Shown: positions 1 through 8,214 of the stretch, piece after piece | Layout: each line of letters starts with the position of its first letter | Numbering within the stretch: the stretch's first letter is position 1 | Notes under the pieces: generated by a model | The model's input: the letters and a program-made list of their open reading frames with translations, nothing else | What the model was told of the DNA's origin: nothing | Database searches by the model: none | Made by a program: the position numbers and the translations under genes | DNA from: Candidatus Latescibacterota bacterium | GTDB lineage: Bacteria; Latescibacterota; UBA2968; UBA8231 | Reading direction: 5' to 3' | Assembly: GCA_965248355.1 (NCBI GenBank) | Contig: OZ252098.1 | Span: 1,440,001 to 1,504,000, forward strand | Length of the DNA stretch: 64,000 nt

Positions 1-1601
1 ACCATGACCAGCTCCGCCTTCAGCAGGCTGGTGAAGCGCATCCCCGTCAGCTCGATGATGCGGAAGGTCTCGGCGTTGCCGCCGAAGTCGGCCCCCGCCA
101 GGGGCACGAACCAGATCTCGACGCCGCGGTACCCGGTGAGAAAGACGATCGCCTCGTGCAGGTGCGGGATCTGCACGTTCTGCCCGATCAAGCCGTCCAA
201 CCGCGCCGAGACGAAGGACATGATGGGGGCGTAGACGAAGGCGAGGACCAGCATCACCACCAGGATGCCGGTGGTGACCAGCGACGGGAACAGGGTCTTG
301 GCCAGGAGGAGGGGATAGGCGGCGGCGAGGAAGAACAGGCTGAGGCAGATCCACACCGGGAAGTCGCCCCGGTTGAGATGCTTCACGCAATAGCCGCGGA
401 TGCGGGACGGCTCATGGCACTCCGGGTGCCGGCAGACGTCGGGGTCGTGGCCTTGGGCCTCCGCCTCGGACCGGTCCTCCCGGTGCTCCCGGGTGCCGCG
501 CACCACCTGCACCAGGGAGATGATGGTGGTGGCGAAGATGACGCCCAGCCCGAAGGGCTGCCAGAAGTCGACGCCGGCGGTGATCTGCGTCTGCACGGCG
601 CCCATGCCCGGCACCCAGTGGGGCATGAACCCGTAGTGGTGCAGCAGCGGCGACAGGACGATGAAGGAGACGACCGCGGCGAAGGAGCCCATGACGCTGT
701 AGAACGGCAGCAGCAGGCCGGCGAAGATCGGCGACAGGCTGAAGCTGATGGCGATCGGCGTGGCCCCGAGGTAGCGCCCCAGGGTCGGGGTGAGGTCGGC
801 GAAGGGGATGGGCAGGATCGTGACCTTGGTGCCGGCGAAGACCTCGGTGAGGGACGGGATCCCCACGTAGACGAAACCGAAGACGAGGCCGATCGCCCCC
901 CCCATGGTGAAGCAGGGCCACTTCCAGGTCTGCTTCTCCGAGCCGCTCTCCTCGGCCAGGGCCATGGCCCCGAGGGCGGCCTGGGGCGCCGTGGGGAAGG
1001 GCAGGCGCTCGCGGTCGGAGACCAGCCGGAAGAGGACGTACCCGGAGGTGAACCAGGTGATGCGGCCGACGATGATGCCCAGCACCAGCAGGGCGATGGG
1101 CAGGGCCCAGTCCATGTGGAGGAAGGTGCGCTGCAGGATCGCCTCGGAGTCGGGCGGCGGCGAGAACCACCCGTACCCGAGCCACTTCAGGCCCACCAGC
1201 TTCTCCGTGAGGCCGAACTGGGCGGCCTCCTGGGAGCCGACGAAGTACTGCCGCCAGATCAGCTGCAGGAAGGTGCCGGTCTCGGCGCGCACGATCAGCT
1301 GCGAGGCGACGTAGGTGAGCAGGAAGATCTCCTGCCGCCTCAGGGTCGTGAAGGAGCGCTTGGCGATCTCCAGGAAGAGGATCACCGTCACCCACTGGGC
1401 CGCGTCGCCGATGCCGATGCCGGTCACCAGCGACAGGTACATCTGGCCCGGGGTCATGATGAAGGCGATGAACAGCACCCCCACCAGGGTCTTGATGGTG
1501 TACCCGTGCTCGAAGCGTTCCGGCGCCTGCAAGAGATCCCGGTATTCGTTGATCTCCTGGTACTGGCGCTCTCGCTTCGTCTGTCGGGATTTTTCCGCCA
1601 T
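1..1601 (-). CDS. OPT-superfamily-like polytopic membrane transporter (3'-truncated by window edge; absent from ORF track because no stop is in the window)
   Basis: Manual translation from ATG 1601 (MAEKSRQTKRERQYQEINEYRDLLQAPERFEHGYTIKTLVGVLFIAFIMTPGQMYLSLVTG...SDRERLPFP...) stays open to position 1, with many hydrophobic segments. Shares RERLxFP with 38952..40901. Confidence 0.75.
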   Translation of the reverse strand, partial: MAEKSRQTKRERQYQEINEYRDLLQAPERFEHGYTIKTLVGVLFIAFIMTPGQMYLSLVTGIGIGDAAQWVTVILFLEIAKRSFTTLRRQEIFLLTYVASQLIVRAETGTFLQLIWRQYFVGSQEAAQFGLTEKLVGLKWLGYGWFSPPPDSEAILQRTFLHMDWALPIALLVLGIIVGRITWFTSGYVLFRLVSDRERLPFPTAPQAALGAMALAEESGSEKQTWKWPCFTMGGAIGLVFGFVYVGIPSLTEVFAGTKVTILPIPFADLTPTLGRYLGATPIAISFSLSPIFAGLLLPFYSVMGSFAAVVSFIVLSPLLHHYGFMPHWVPGMGAVQTQITAGVDFWQPFGLGVIFATTIISLVQVVRGTREHREDRSEAEAQGHDPDVCRHPECHEPSRIRGYCVKHLNRGDFPVWICLSLFFLAAAYPLLLAKTLFPSLVTTGILVVMLVLAFVYAPIMSFVSARLDGLIGQNVQIPHLHEAIVFLTGYRGVEIWFVPLAGADFGGNAETFRIIELTGMRFTSLLKAELVM

Positions 1602-1785
1602 CAGGCCACCTGTCGCAGGGCGAGATCAGCCAACAAGAGTTTCGCGCCAGCGAAACTCGCAACAAAGCCGCGCAGCGGCTTTGCGATCTCCTGGTACTGG
1701 CGCTCGCGCTTCGTCTGTCGGGGTTTTTCCGCCATCAGGCCGCCTGTCGCAGGGCGGGATCAACCCACACGCGCAGCGGCTTTGC
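1551..1785. repeat. Imperfect tandem duplication (copies 1551-1684 and 1685-1785) covering the transporter start codon and first 17 codons
   Basis: gatctcctggtactggcgct...ttttccgccatcaggcc.cctgtcgcagggcg occurs twice, and both copies end in cgcgcagcggctttgc. The 1551 copy is 33 bp longer and contains two hairpins. Confidence 0.9.
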
Positions 1786-1790
1786 GCGTT

Positions 1791-4700
1791 TCACGAGATC
1801 TCCTCCACCGGGTCCAGCTCCAGCTCGCCCGCCGGCAGGGACACCTCCCGGCAGTGGACGGCGTGCTCCTCCTGGATATCCGTCTTCAGCGTCTGCCACA
1901 CCAGGAACCGCTTCCGCATCTCCAGCATGAAGCCGAGGTTGAGGCGCTGCCAGAAGGCCACGGGCCCGCTCACGCGCTCGATGTAGAGCTGGATCTCGCA
2001 GATCGACGGATTGCCCGTGGGCGCGATGGTGAACTGCAGGTACTGGCTCACCCCCATGTCGAAGGGCGCCAGCCACAGCAGCAGCTGCACGGCGCGCTCC
2101 CCCTCCTCGACGACGATGCGCGTGCGCTCGGTGTACATGTGCCCCACCGATTCGTGGCCGTACGAGCAGAAGAAGGAGTGGAGGTACCCGCACAGGGAAT
2201 CCACGGCCTTCACGTTGACGGTGAAGGGGAAGGGAAAGCGCCAGACGTCGTCCTCGGGATCGGGCAGCTGCCAGCGGCGCACCACGTCGGGGACGGCCAG
2301 CTGCGCCGCCGTCCGGGCGGGGTAGACGCTGGACAACAGGACCACGGCGATCACCAGCAGGGCCGAGCCGATGGCCGCCGTGGAGGAGTAGTTGAGGGAG
2401 ACCCCGCCGAGCAGGCCCAGGGAGAGCAGCACCTTGCCTCCCACCTGGCCGAGGACGTAGCCGATGACCACGCCGAGGACGCCGTAGACGCAGGACTCGG
2501 CGACGAAGAGGAAGGCGATGTGGACCGGCGCCAGCCCCACCGAGGAGTAGACGCCGATCTCGCGGAAGCGCTCGTAGACCGCCCCCATCATGGTGTTGAG
2601 GACGATCAGGGCGGCGATCAGGATGGGGATGACGAGGGCGCCGAGGCCCTCCACGCTGGTCAGGCCGATGCTGCTGTAGGCGTAGGTCCTCGGCTCGCCC
2701 TCCTCGTCGGGCATGCCCACGAAGAGGCGGAAGTTGGCCCGCGTGAGGTACTCCTCGATCAGCTGACGGCTCGGCACCTCGTCGTCGAAGGAGATGGCCA
2801 CCGACATGAGCTCCGCCCCCAGGCTCTCCAGCCGGGCGTAGGGCATGACGGCCAGCCGGGCGGCGGACAAGTGCTCGTAGCCGACGTCGATGTCGGCGTC
2901 CATGAAGAAGTCGTTCATCATGAACATCTGGTCGAGGCCGGGCATGTTGAACTGCTCGAACTGCTCCTTGGCCGGCGTCAGGGGCTCGTTGTTCAGGTCC
3001 CGCACCTCCTCGAAGAGGAGAGGATCGTAGATCCCCACGACCTGCCACCCCTGGCCGAAGACGCGCACCAGGGGCCCCTCCCCGCGCTCCACCTCCTCCT
3101 CCGAGATGCCGAGCTGCTCCGCCAACGGCGCCGCCAGGATGGTGCTGCTCTCGCCGGGATCGACGAACCAGCGGCCGGCGGTCAGGGCGCGGTCGATGCC
3201 CGTCACCTCGGGCTCGGCCGGCGTCAGGCCGAGCACGCCGAGAGCGTCCGCCTCCCGCCCCCGGAAGCGCATGGGGATGTAGCCCTCTTCCTCGAAACCC
3301 ATGGTCATCCAGGTGCGCGCCACCACGGTGCCGGCCTCGCCGAAGTGGGAGTGGAGGTAGTCGTAGACCGGCGGCTCCCAGGACCACCAGTGGATGTCGT
3401 GCATGAGGACGCCGCGGTAGAGGGGCTCCCAGTCCTTCTCGAAGCCGACGAAGCGGATGGCCGGCTTGAAGGAGGTGAAGGAGAGGACGGTGAAGGTCAG
3501 CATGGTGATCGTCGTCAGGGTCAGGCCGGTGCGCAGCACCCGGCGGCGCATGTTGGAGATGCCGAGCATGAAGGCCACGTAGGCGGTGCCGGAGCGGCTG
3601 AGGTCGCCGCTGGCGGTGCCCGCCGAGCGCTGGCGCAGCTCGGCCATGTAGGCGTTGAAGCGGGAGACGACGAGGGTGATGACGAAGATGGCCATGGCCA
3701 TCACCATGAGCGCCAGCAGCACGATCACCGGGTGGGCCAGCTCGAAGGCCGGGTGCACCTGGGACAGGATCACCCAGATGACGAGCATGATGGCGGTGAA
3801 CCAGGCGATCTGGCGGCGGATGTCGGGGGCCGCGAAGAGCAGGCGCTCGGCGAAGAACGCCGCCGGCACCAGGAGGGCGACGAAGAACACGAGGCCGGTG
3901 ATGATGTCGTTCTGGGTGCTGCGCACGTCCGGGTAGGCCCGGTACTCCAGGCCGATCGCCTCGCGCACGTACTTGGCGTAGCGCCCCCAGTCGAGCCCGG
4001 CCATGGCCTCCTCGGCCTTCTCCACGGCCACCAGCGCGCGCTGGTGCAGAGCGTCGAGGCGCGGGTTCTCGATGGCGAACTCGCGCATGCGCTCCATGCG
4101 CACCTCGTCGAGGCGCCACATGTCCCGCGTCGACTGCAGGGTGGCGTACGGGATCATGCGCCGCCGCGACAGGTCGAAGCCGGCCCCCTGGGCGCTCAGC
4201 TCGTCCACGGCGCCGGTGTTGTTGAGCAGCACCATCGACTTGTCCACCAGGCGCAGCGGCTCCTCCGGCGGTCCGTAGAGGACCATCATGCGCTCGAGGA
4301 AATCGCCCATGACGTAGCCGTACTGGCGGGGCACGGCGCCGCGGTCGTCCAGCACCTTCATCCCCCTGTGGGAGTTGCCGAAGGTGAAGTGGAACCCGGC
4401 GTGGATGCGGTCGTGGATCTCGATGCTCTCGGTCTCGAAGAGGATCGTCGTCCACACCGTCTCCGCCTTGGTCAGGCCCTGCCGCCAGGCGCCGATCTTC
4501 TGGGCCCGATCGCCGAGGTCCGTGGCGTAGGTGATCTCCCCCGTCTCTTCATCGAGGAGGAAGGCGTGCACCTCCATCCTCCCCCGGGACAGGCCGTTGA
4601 CGGCGTAGTTGCCCTCGTCGTCGGCCAGGGCGATCCAGGGGCGCCACATGTCGGGGTAGTAGTCGTGGAGGAGGACCACGGCGCCGTGGGGCACCGGGTC

Positions 4701-6608
4701 CTCGGGCGTGGCCGAGCGCCTCGGCAGCAGCCGCAGCCGGCCGTCGATGGCGACCCGGCCGTCGGGCAGGTTCTTGTCGTGGGCGGGACCGAGCTTCTCC
4801 CACTCGGACCCGAAGAGGCCGGGGTCGGCCAGGGCCCGGGTGAGGACGTGGTTGATCATCTCGCTCTGGCGGGCCACGTTGCCGAAGTCGACCCGGTCGG
4901 GGCGGTCCAGGGGGCTGTCGAGGGCCGACCGCCGGTCGGTGGTGGTCACCAGGTTGAGGGCCACCAGACCCACGTCGCGGGCGATCTCGCCGTCCTCGCG
5001 GTAGACGTCCTCGTCGAGGTAGCTGTCCCACGACAGGCCCTTGATGGGGCTGACGAGGTTGACGAGGCCCCGGGGCTCGCGTCCGAGATCCGCGGCCGCG
5101 CCGGCGGCATGGCGCGAGAAGCTGCGCCCGAGGGCGACGAAGAACCGGCGGTGGGCGGACGCACGGGCGCTGTGCACCAGACCGACCTGGTCGGACTGGC
5201 TCGACAGGTCGAGGGCCAGGAAGAGATTGATGTCGAGGCTGTCCGGCTCCAGGCGGATGCCGAGGGAGTCCGGCTTGATGCGCCGGCGCTTCAACTGGGC
5301 CCTGAGCCGCGGCAGGTCGACGGACTCGAGGACCGGTCCGCCGGCCGTGTCGCGCAGCCGCACCCCCAGGGTGTCGAGGGGGATGGCGAGGGCGTCGGTC
5401 TGCCGGACCAGCTTGTCGACCTTCAGGGAATCGGCGACGAAGCGCTTCGGCATGCGGCCGCGGAAGGGGGCCAGCCGGCGCGCGTGCTTGTTGAGCCACT
5501 GGAACAGCCCCCTGTCGCCCTGGAAGTGGGAGCCCGTGGCCACCAGCACCACCGAGCGCGCCGGCGGGTGGTCGCGCAGGTGGCGCGCCAGCTCGAGGAG
5601 GGCGGCGATGCCGCAGGCGCTCTCGGCGGCCGGCGCCTCCGAGGGAACCACCGAAAGCCCGTCGTAGTAGGCGTGGACGGCGACCAGCTCCTCGGCAAGG
5701 CCGGGCGTGGTGCCGGGCACGCGGCCCCATATCGCCCAGGTCGTGTGCCTCTCGAAGTCCATGCGCGCCCGCAGATGCACGGCGATCTCGCCGTCGCCGA
5801 GGCGCTGCCGCAGACGCAGGGCCGCCTGCCGCCCGAGCCAGAACCTCGGCACGTCGACGGGGGTCCAGCTCCACTTGGTGCGCGACTCGAAGTTCGTCGT
5901 CTCCTCGGGCTCGACGAAGATGATCGCCTGGGCGCCGAGAGCGGCCGCGTTCTTCCAGTTCGTCCAGGTGTTGAACTCCATGAGGACGACGGCGCCCTCC
6001 ATGGCATGGCCGTTGAAGTCGGCGTGCTCCCCGGCGCCGCCGTAGAACAGGTGCCCGCGCCGGCCCTCGGGCCCGAGGGTGTTGGTGCGCACCAGGTTCG
6101 GCCACAACGACTGCAGCGGGATCCTCTCCACCACGCCGCCGCCCTCGTCGAGCAGCTCCAGGGAGGCGCCGTGGTCCATGGGCACGACGATCTCGTAGGG
6201 CTCGCGCTGCACCTCGCGGACCCCCGCGGCGCGCAGCTCCCGCTCCACGAAGTAGGCGGCGAAGCGGTCGCCCGGGTAGCCGGCGATCCGCGACCCGTGG
6301 GAGGAGAGCTGGCGGATGGTGTGGGCGATCCGGCCGAAGGCGTCGCCCTCCGCGGGGGCCGCGGCCTTGGCCGGGGCCGTCTCCGCGGCGGAAACCAGGG
6401 CCGGCGCTGCGAGGGCGGCCAAGGCCAGCGCCGACAGGAGCGCCAAGGCAGCGCGCCGGCCGCTCCGGGGGCGCGGCCCGGGAGGGACCGGTGGCGCGAG
6501 GGCCGCCAGGCCGGTGAGAACCCGGCCACTCCAGAGGCGCGGCCGAGGAAGGGGCGGCGGCGCGGCGTCCCAAGCCGCGGCGCGGTGGAGGCGCATCCCG
6601 GCCTTCAT
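1791..6608 (-). CDS. 1605-aa membrane protein: signal peptide + PA/M28 peptidase-like fold (metal ligands degenerate) + FtsX/MacB-type permease
   Basis: ATG 6608 overlaps the upstream TGA (ATGA). Ala/Leu signal, HGSRIAGYPG, AYYDG...ACGIAALLELA (M28-like), SNMRRRVLRTGLT (MacB-PCD start), NTMMGAVYERFREIGVYSSVG and SVYPARTAA (FtsX). Confidence 0.8.
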   Translation of the reverse strand: MKAGMRLHRAAAWDAAPPPLPRPRLWSGRVLTGLAALAPPVPPGPRPRSGRRAALALLSALALAALAAPALVSAAETAPAKAAAPAEGDAFGRIAHTIRQLSSHGSRIAGYPGDRFAAYFVERELRAAGVREVQREPYEIVVPMDHGASLELLDEGGGVVERIPLQSLWPNLVRTNTLGPEGRRGHLFYGGAGEHADFNGHAMEGAVVLMEFNTWTNWKNAAALGAQAIIFVEPEETTNFESRTKWSWTPVDVPRFWLGRQAALRLRQRLGDGEIAVHLRARMDFERHTTWAIWGRVPGTTPGLAEELVAVHAYYDGLSVVPSEAPAAESACGIAALLELARHLRDHPPARSVVLVATGSHFQGDRGLFQWLNKHARRLAPFRGRMPKRFVADSLKVDKLVRQTDALAIPLDTLGVRLRDTAGGPVLESVDLPRLRAQLKRRRIKPDSLGIRLEPDSLDINLFLALDLSSQSDQVGLVHSARASAHRRFFVALGRSFSRHAAGAAADLGREPRGLVNLVSPIKGLSWDSYLDEDVYREDGEIARDVGLVALNLVTTTDRRSALDSPLDRPDRVDFGNVARQSEMINHVLTRALADPGLFGSEWEKLGPAHDKNLPDGRVAIDGRLRLLPRRSATPEDPVPHGAVVLLHDYYPDMWRPWIALADDEGNYAVNGLSRGRMEVHAFLLDEETGEITYATDLGDRAQKIGAWRQGLTKAETVWTTILFETESIEIHDRIHAGFHFTFGNSHRGMKVLDDRGAVPRQYGYVMGDFLERMMVLYGPPEEPLRLVDKSMVLLNNTGAVDELSAQGAGFDLSRRRMIPYATLQSTRDMWRLDEVRMERMREFAIENPRLDALHQRALVAVEKAEEAMAGLDWGRYAKYVREAIGLEYRAYPDVRSTQNDIITGLVFFVALLVPAAFFAERLLFAAPDIRRQIAWFTAIMLVIWVILSQVHPAFELAHPVIVLLALMVMAMAIFVITLVVSRFNAYMAELRQRSAGTASGDLSRSGTAYVAFMLGISNMRRRVLRTGLTLTTITMLTFTVLSFTSFKPAIRFVGFEKDWEPLYRGVLMHDIHWWSWEPPVYDYLHSHFGEAGTVVARTWMTMGFEEEGYIPMRFRGREADALGVLGLTPAEPEVTGIDRALTAGRWFVDPGESSTILAAPLAEQLGISEEEVERGEGPLVRVFGQGWQVVGIYDPLLFEEVRDLNNEPLTPAKEQFEQFNMPGLDQMFMMNDFFMDADIDVGYEHLSAARLAVMPYARLESLGAELMSVAISFDDEVPSRQLIEEYLTRANFRLFVGMPDEEGEPRTYAYSSIGLTSVEGLGALVIPILIAALIVLNTMMGAVYERFREIGVYSSVGLAPVHIAFLFVAESCVYGVLGVVIGYVLGQVGGKVLLSLGLLGGVSLNYSSTAAIGSALLVIAVVLLSSVYPARTAAQLAVPDVVRRWQLPDPEDDVWRFPFPFTVNVKAVDSLCGYLHSFFCSYGHESVGHMYTERTRIVVEEGERAVQLLLWLAPFDMGVSQYLQFTIAPTGNPSICEIQLYIERVSGPVAFWQRLNLGFMLEMRKRFLVWQTLKTDIQEEHAVHCREVSLPAGELELDPVEEIS

Positions 6609-7327
6609 GACGCGCCGGTCCGCCTTCGGAAGCAGGCGTCCCAGTCGGCGGTGGGCTCGAAGCCGAGGATGCGGCGCGCCTTCTCGAAGGTGTAGATCCC
6701 GGGGCCGCGGAAGGAGAGGACGTTGAAGCTCTGGAAGTCGTCCGGGATCTCCTCCGCCTCCAGGGCCAGCCGGCAGATGTGGTGCAGGTCCTGCCAGACC
6801 ACGGTGAAGGCGGGCGCGTCCCGGGGCTCGGCCGCGGGCTCCGGCGCCGGGCCCAGACCGTTGAAGACGAAGTAGGCGGTCTGGATGCCGTGGGCCTGGG
6901 CGAAGACCCGGCAGATCTCGGCGCTCAGCCACTTGGAGAGGACGTAGCAGCCGGTGCCCGGCGCGGCGGGCGCGTCGTCGACGCCGAAGTCGTGATCGTA
7001 GGCCGAGCGCACGGCCTGGGGGCCGGAGTGGATGACCTTGCGGATGCCCAGCTCGGCGGCGGCCTTCATCACGTGCCAGGCGCCGGCGGTGTTGACGTCG
7101 AAGCTGTCCACGGGGTGCTCGCGCACGACCGTGAAGTTCATGATCGCGTCCATGCCCCGGGCCGCCTCCAGCACCTGCTCGTAGGAGCGCACGTCCACCC
7201 TCTCCACAGGGCGGCCCTCCGGGTGGTCCTGCACGTCGGTGAGGCGCAGCTCGTAGTCCTTCTCCAGGCCCGGGGTGAGATAGGGCCCGACCAGACCGGA
7301 GGCGCCCAGGAAAAGGATCTTCTTCAT
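6605..7327 (-). CDS. NAD-dependent epimerase/dehydratase (SDR, uronate dehydrogenase-like)
   Basis: MKKILFLGASGLVG (GxxGxxG) and YVLSK (YxxxK). ATGA overlaps at both ends. Confidence 0.85.
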   Translation of the reverse strand: MKKILFLGASGLVGPYLTPGLEKDYELRLTDVQDHPEGRPVERVDVRSYEQVLEAARGMDAIMNFTVVREHPVDSFDVNTAGAWHVMKAAAELGIRKVIHSGPQAVRSAYDHDFGVDDAPAAPGTGCYVLSKWLSAEICRVFAQAHGIQTAYFVFNGLGPAPEPAAEPRDAPAFTVVWQDLHHICRLALEAEEIPDDFQSFNVLSFRGPGIYTFEKARRILGFEPTADWDACFRRRTGAS

Positions 7328-8094
7328 GCGCCGGCTCCGGCCGCCCACTGGCGGTGGAAGTCGTGCCGGGGCTCGAAGCCCATCTCGCGAATACCGTCGA
7401 GGAGGAACTTCGGGTGCGGGGGCTGATGGCAGACGTGCCGCACCTGCCAGCGCCCCACCCAGTTGCGGGACCCCGCCCGGTCCCGGCCCAGGGCCAGCTC
7501 CACGGCGGCGGCCGCATCCCGCGGATCGAGCCAGGTCAGGTCCGGTTCGGTGCCCTCGGCGACTTCGTCCTCGCGGGCCAGGCGTCCCAGCCGCAGCACG
7601 GTGACGGTGACGGCGTGGTCGCGGGCGAACTCCCGGGTGACCTGCTCGGCCAGGTGATACGCCAGGCGACTCATGGCCGTCCCCGGCCGCGGACGCTGTT
7701 GCTCGGAGACGTACACGTCGTCCGGGACCTCGTGGAACACCTCCAGGGAGCTGCAGTAGACGAGGCGCGACACACCCGACTCGACTGCGGCCTGCAGCAG
7801 GGCGCGGGTCCCGCGCGTGGCCCGGTCGAGGAGGGCGCGCTCGCACTCGTAGGAATCGGCGGGCGGAAGAGCGGGAGGCCCGGCCGGGCCGGTATGGACG
7901 ATGGCGTCGACCCCGGCCACCGCGAGGCAGGCGCCGTCGGCATCGTACAGGTCGGCGTCGACGACCTCGAGGCCGGAGGCGTCCGGTGCTTCGGCGCCCG
8001 GGGGGCGGGCGACCCGGAGCCGGTGATCCCCGGAGAGCCTGTCCAGGAGGACGCGGCCCATGCGGCTCGTACCCTCGGATACAAGAATCCGCAT
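7324..8094 (-). CDS. SDR/epimerase-fold protein with degenerate cofactor and catalytic motifs
   Basis: RILVSEGTSRMG, VDAIVH, RLVYCSS, VTVLR. No YxxxK at the expected position. Confidence 0.75.
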   Translation of the reverse strand: MRILVSEGTSRMGRVLLDRLSGDHRLRVARPPGAEAPDASGLEVVDADLYDADGACLAVAGVDAIVHTGPAGPPALPPADSYECERALLDRATRGTRALLQAAVESGVSRLVYCSSLEVFHEVPDDVYVSEQQRPRPGTAMSRLAYHLAEQVTREFARDHAVTVTVLRLGRLAREDEVAEGTEPDLTWLDPRDAAAAVELALGRDRAGSRNWVGRWQVRHVCHQPPHPKFLLDGIREMGFEPRHDFHRQWAAGAGA

Positions 8095-8184
8095 GTCGGG
8101 GACAACTCCGGTGAGGATCCGCGCTCGGGCCCGCGCGCGAGTTGGGGAAGGGCTGCCGGCAGAGTGAGTTACGCCGGAAGCGGC

Positions 8185-8214
8185 AACCTACCGACGCCCC
8201 GGAGGGGCTGTCAA
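8185..8214 (-). promoter_or_regulatory. sigma70-like promoter for the SDR-SDR-FtsX-OPT operon
   Basis: Minus strand TTGACA-N18-TAGGTT, about 90 nt upstream of ATG 8094. Confidence 0.55.

Noticed and set aside
1551..1785. Repeat considered as a CRISPR or mini-array
   Set aside because: Only two long copies that include coding sequence, with no spacers and no cas genes.
156..6695. 2179-aa plus-strand ORF, and similar very long ORFs (33012..35666, 38856..41969, 54295..57726, 27717..30641, 60259..62943)
   Set aside because: Antisense or alternative-frame shadows of motif-bearing genes. High GC3 suppresses stop codons, and the translations have no recognisable motifs.
6609..7517. N-terminal 300 aa of the 1908-aa ORF call
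   Set aside because: Overlaps the real SDR genes in another frame. The ATGA-coupled start at 6608 followed by a signal peptide fits better. The same over-extension applies to the track calls for asd, AAC(3), HNH, Pnkp and others.
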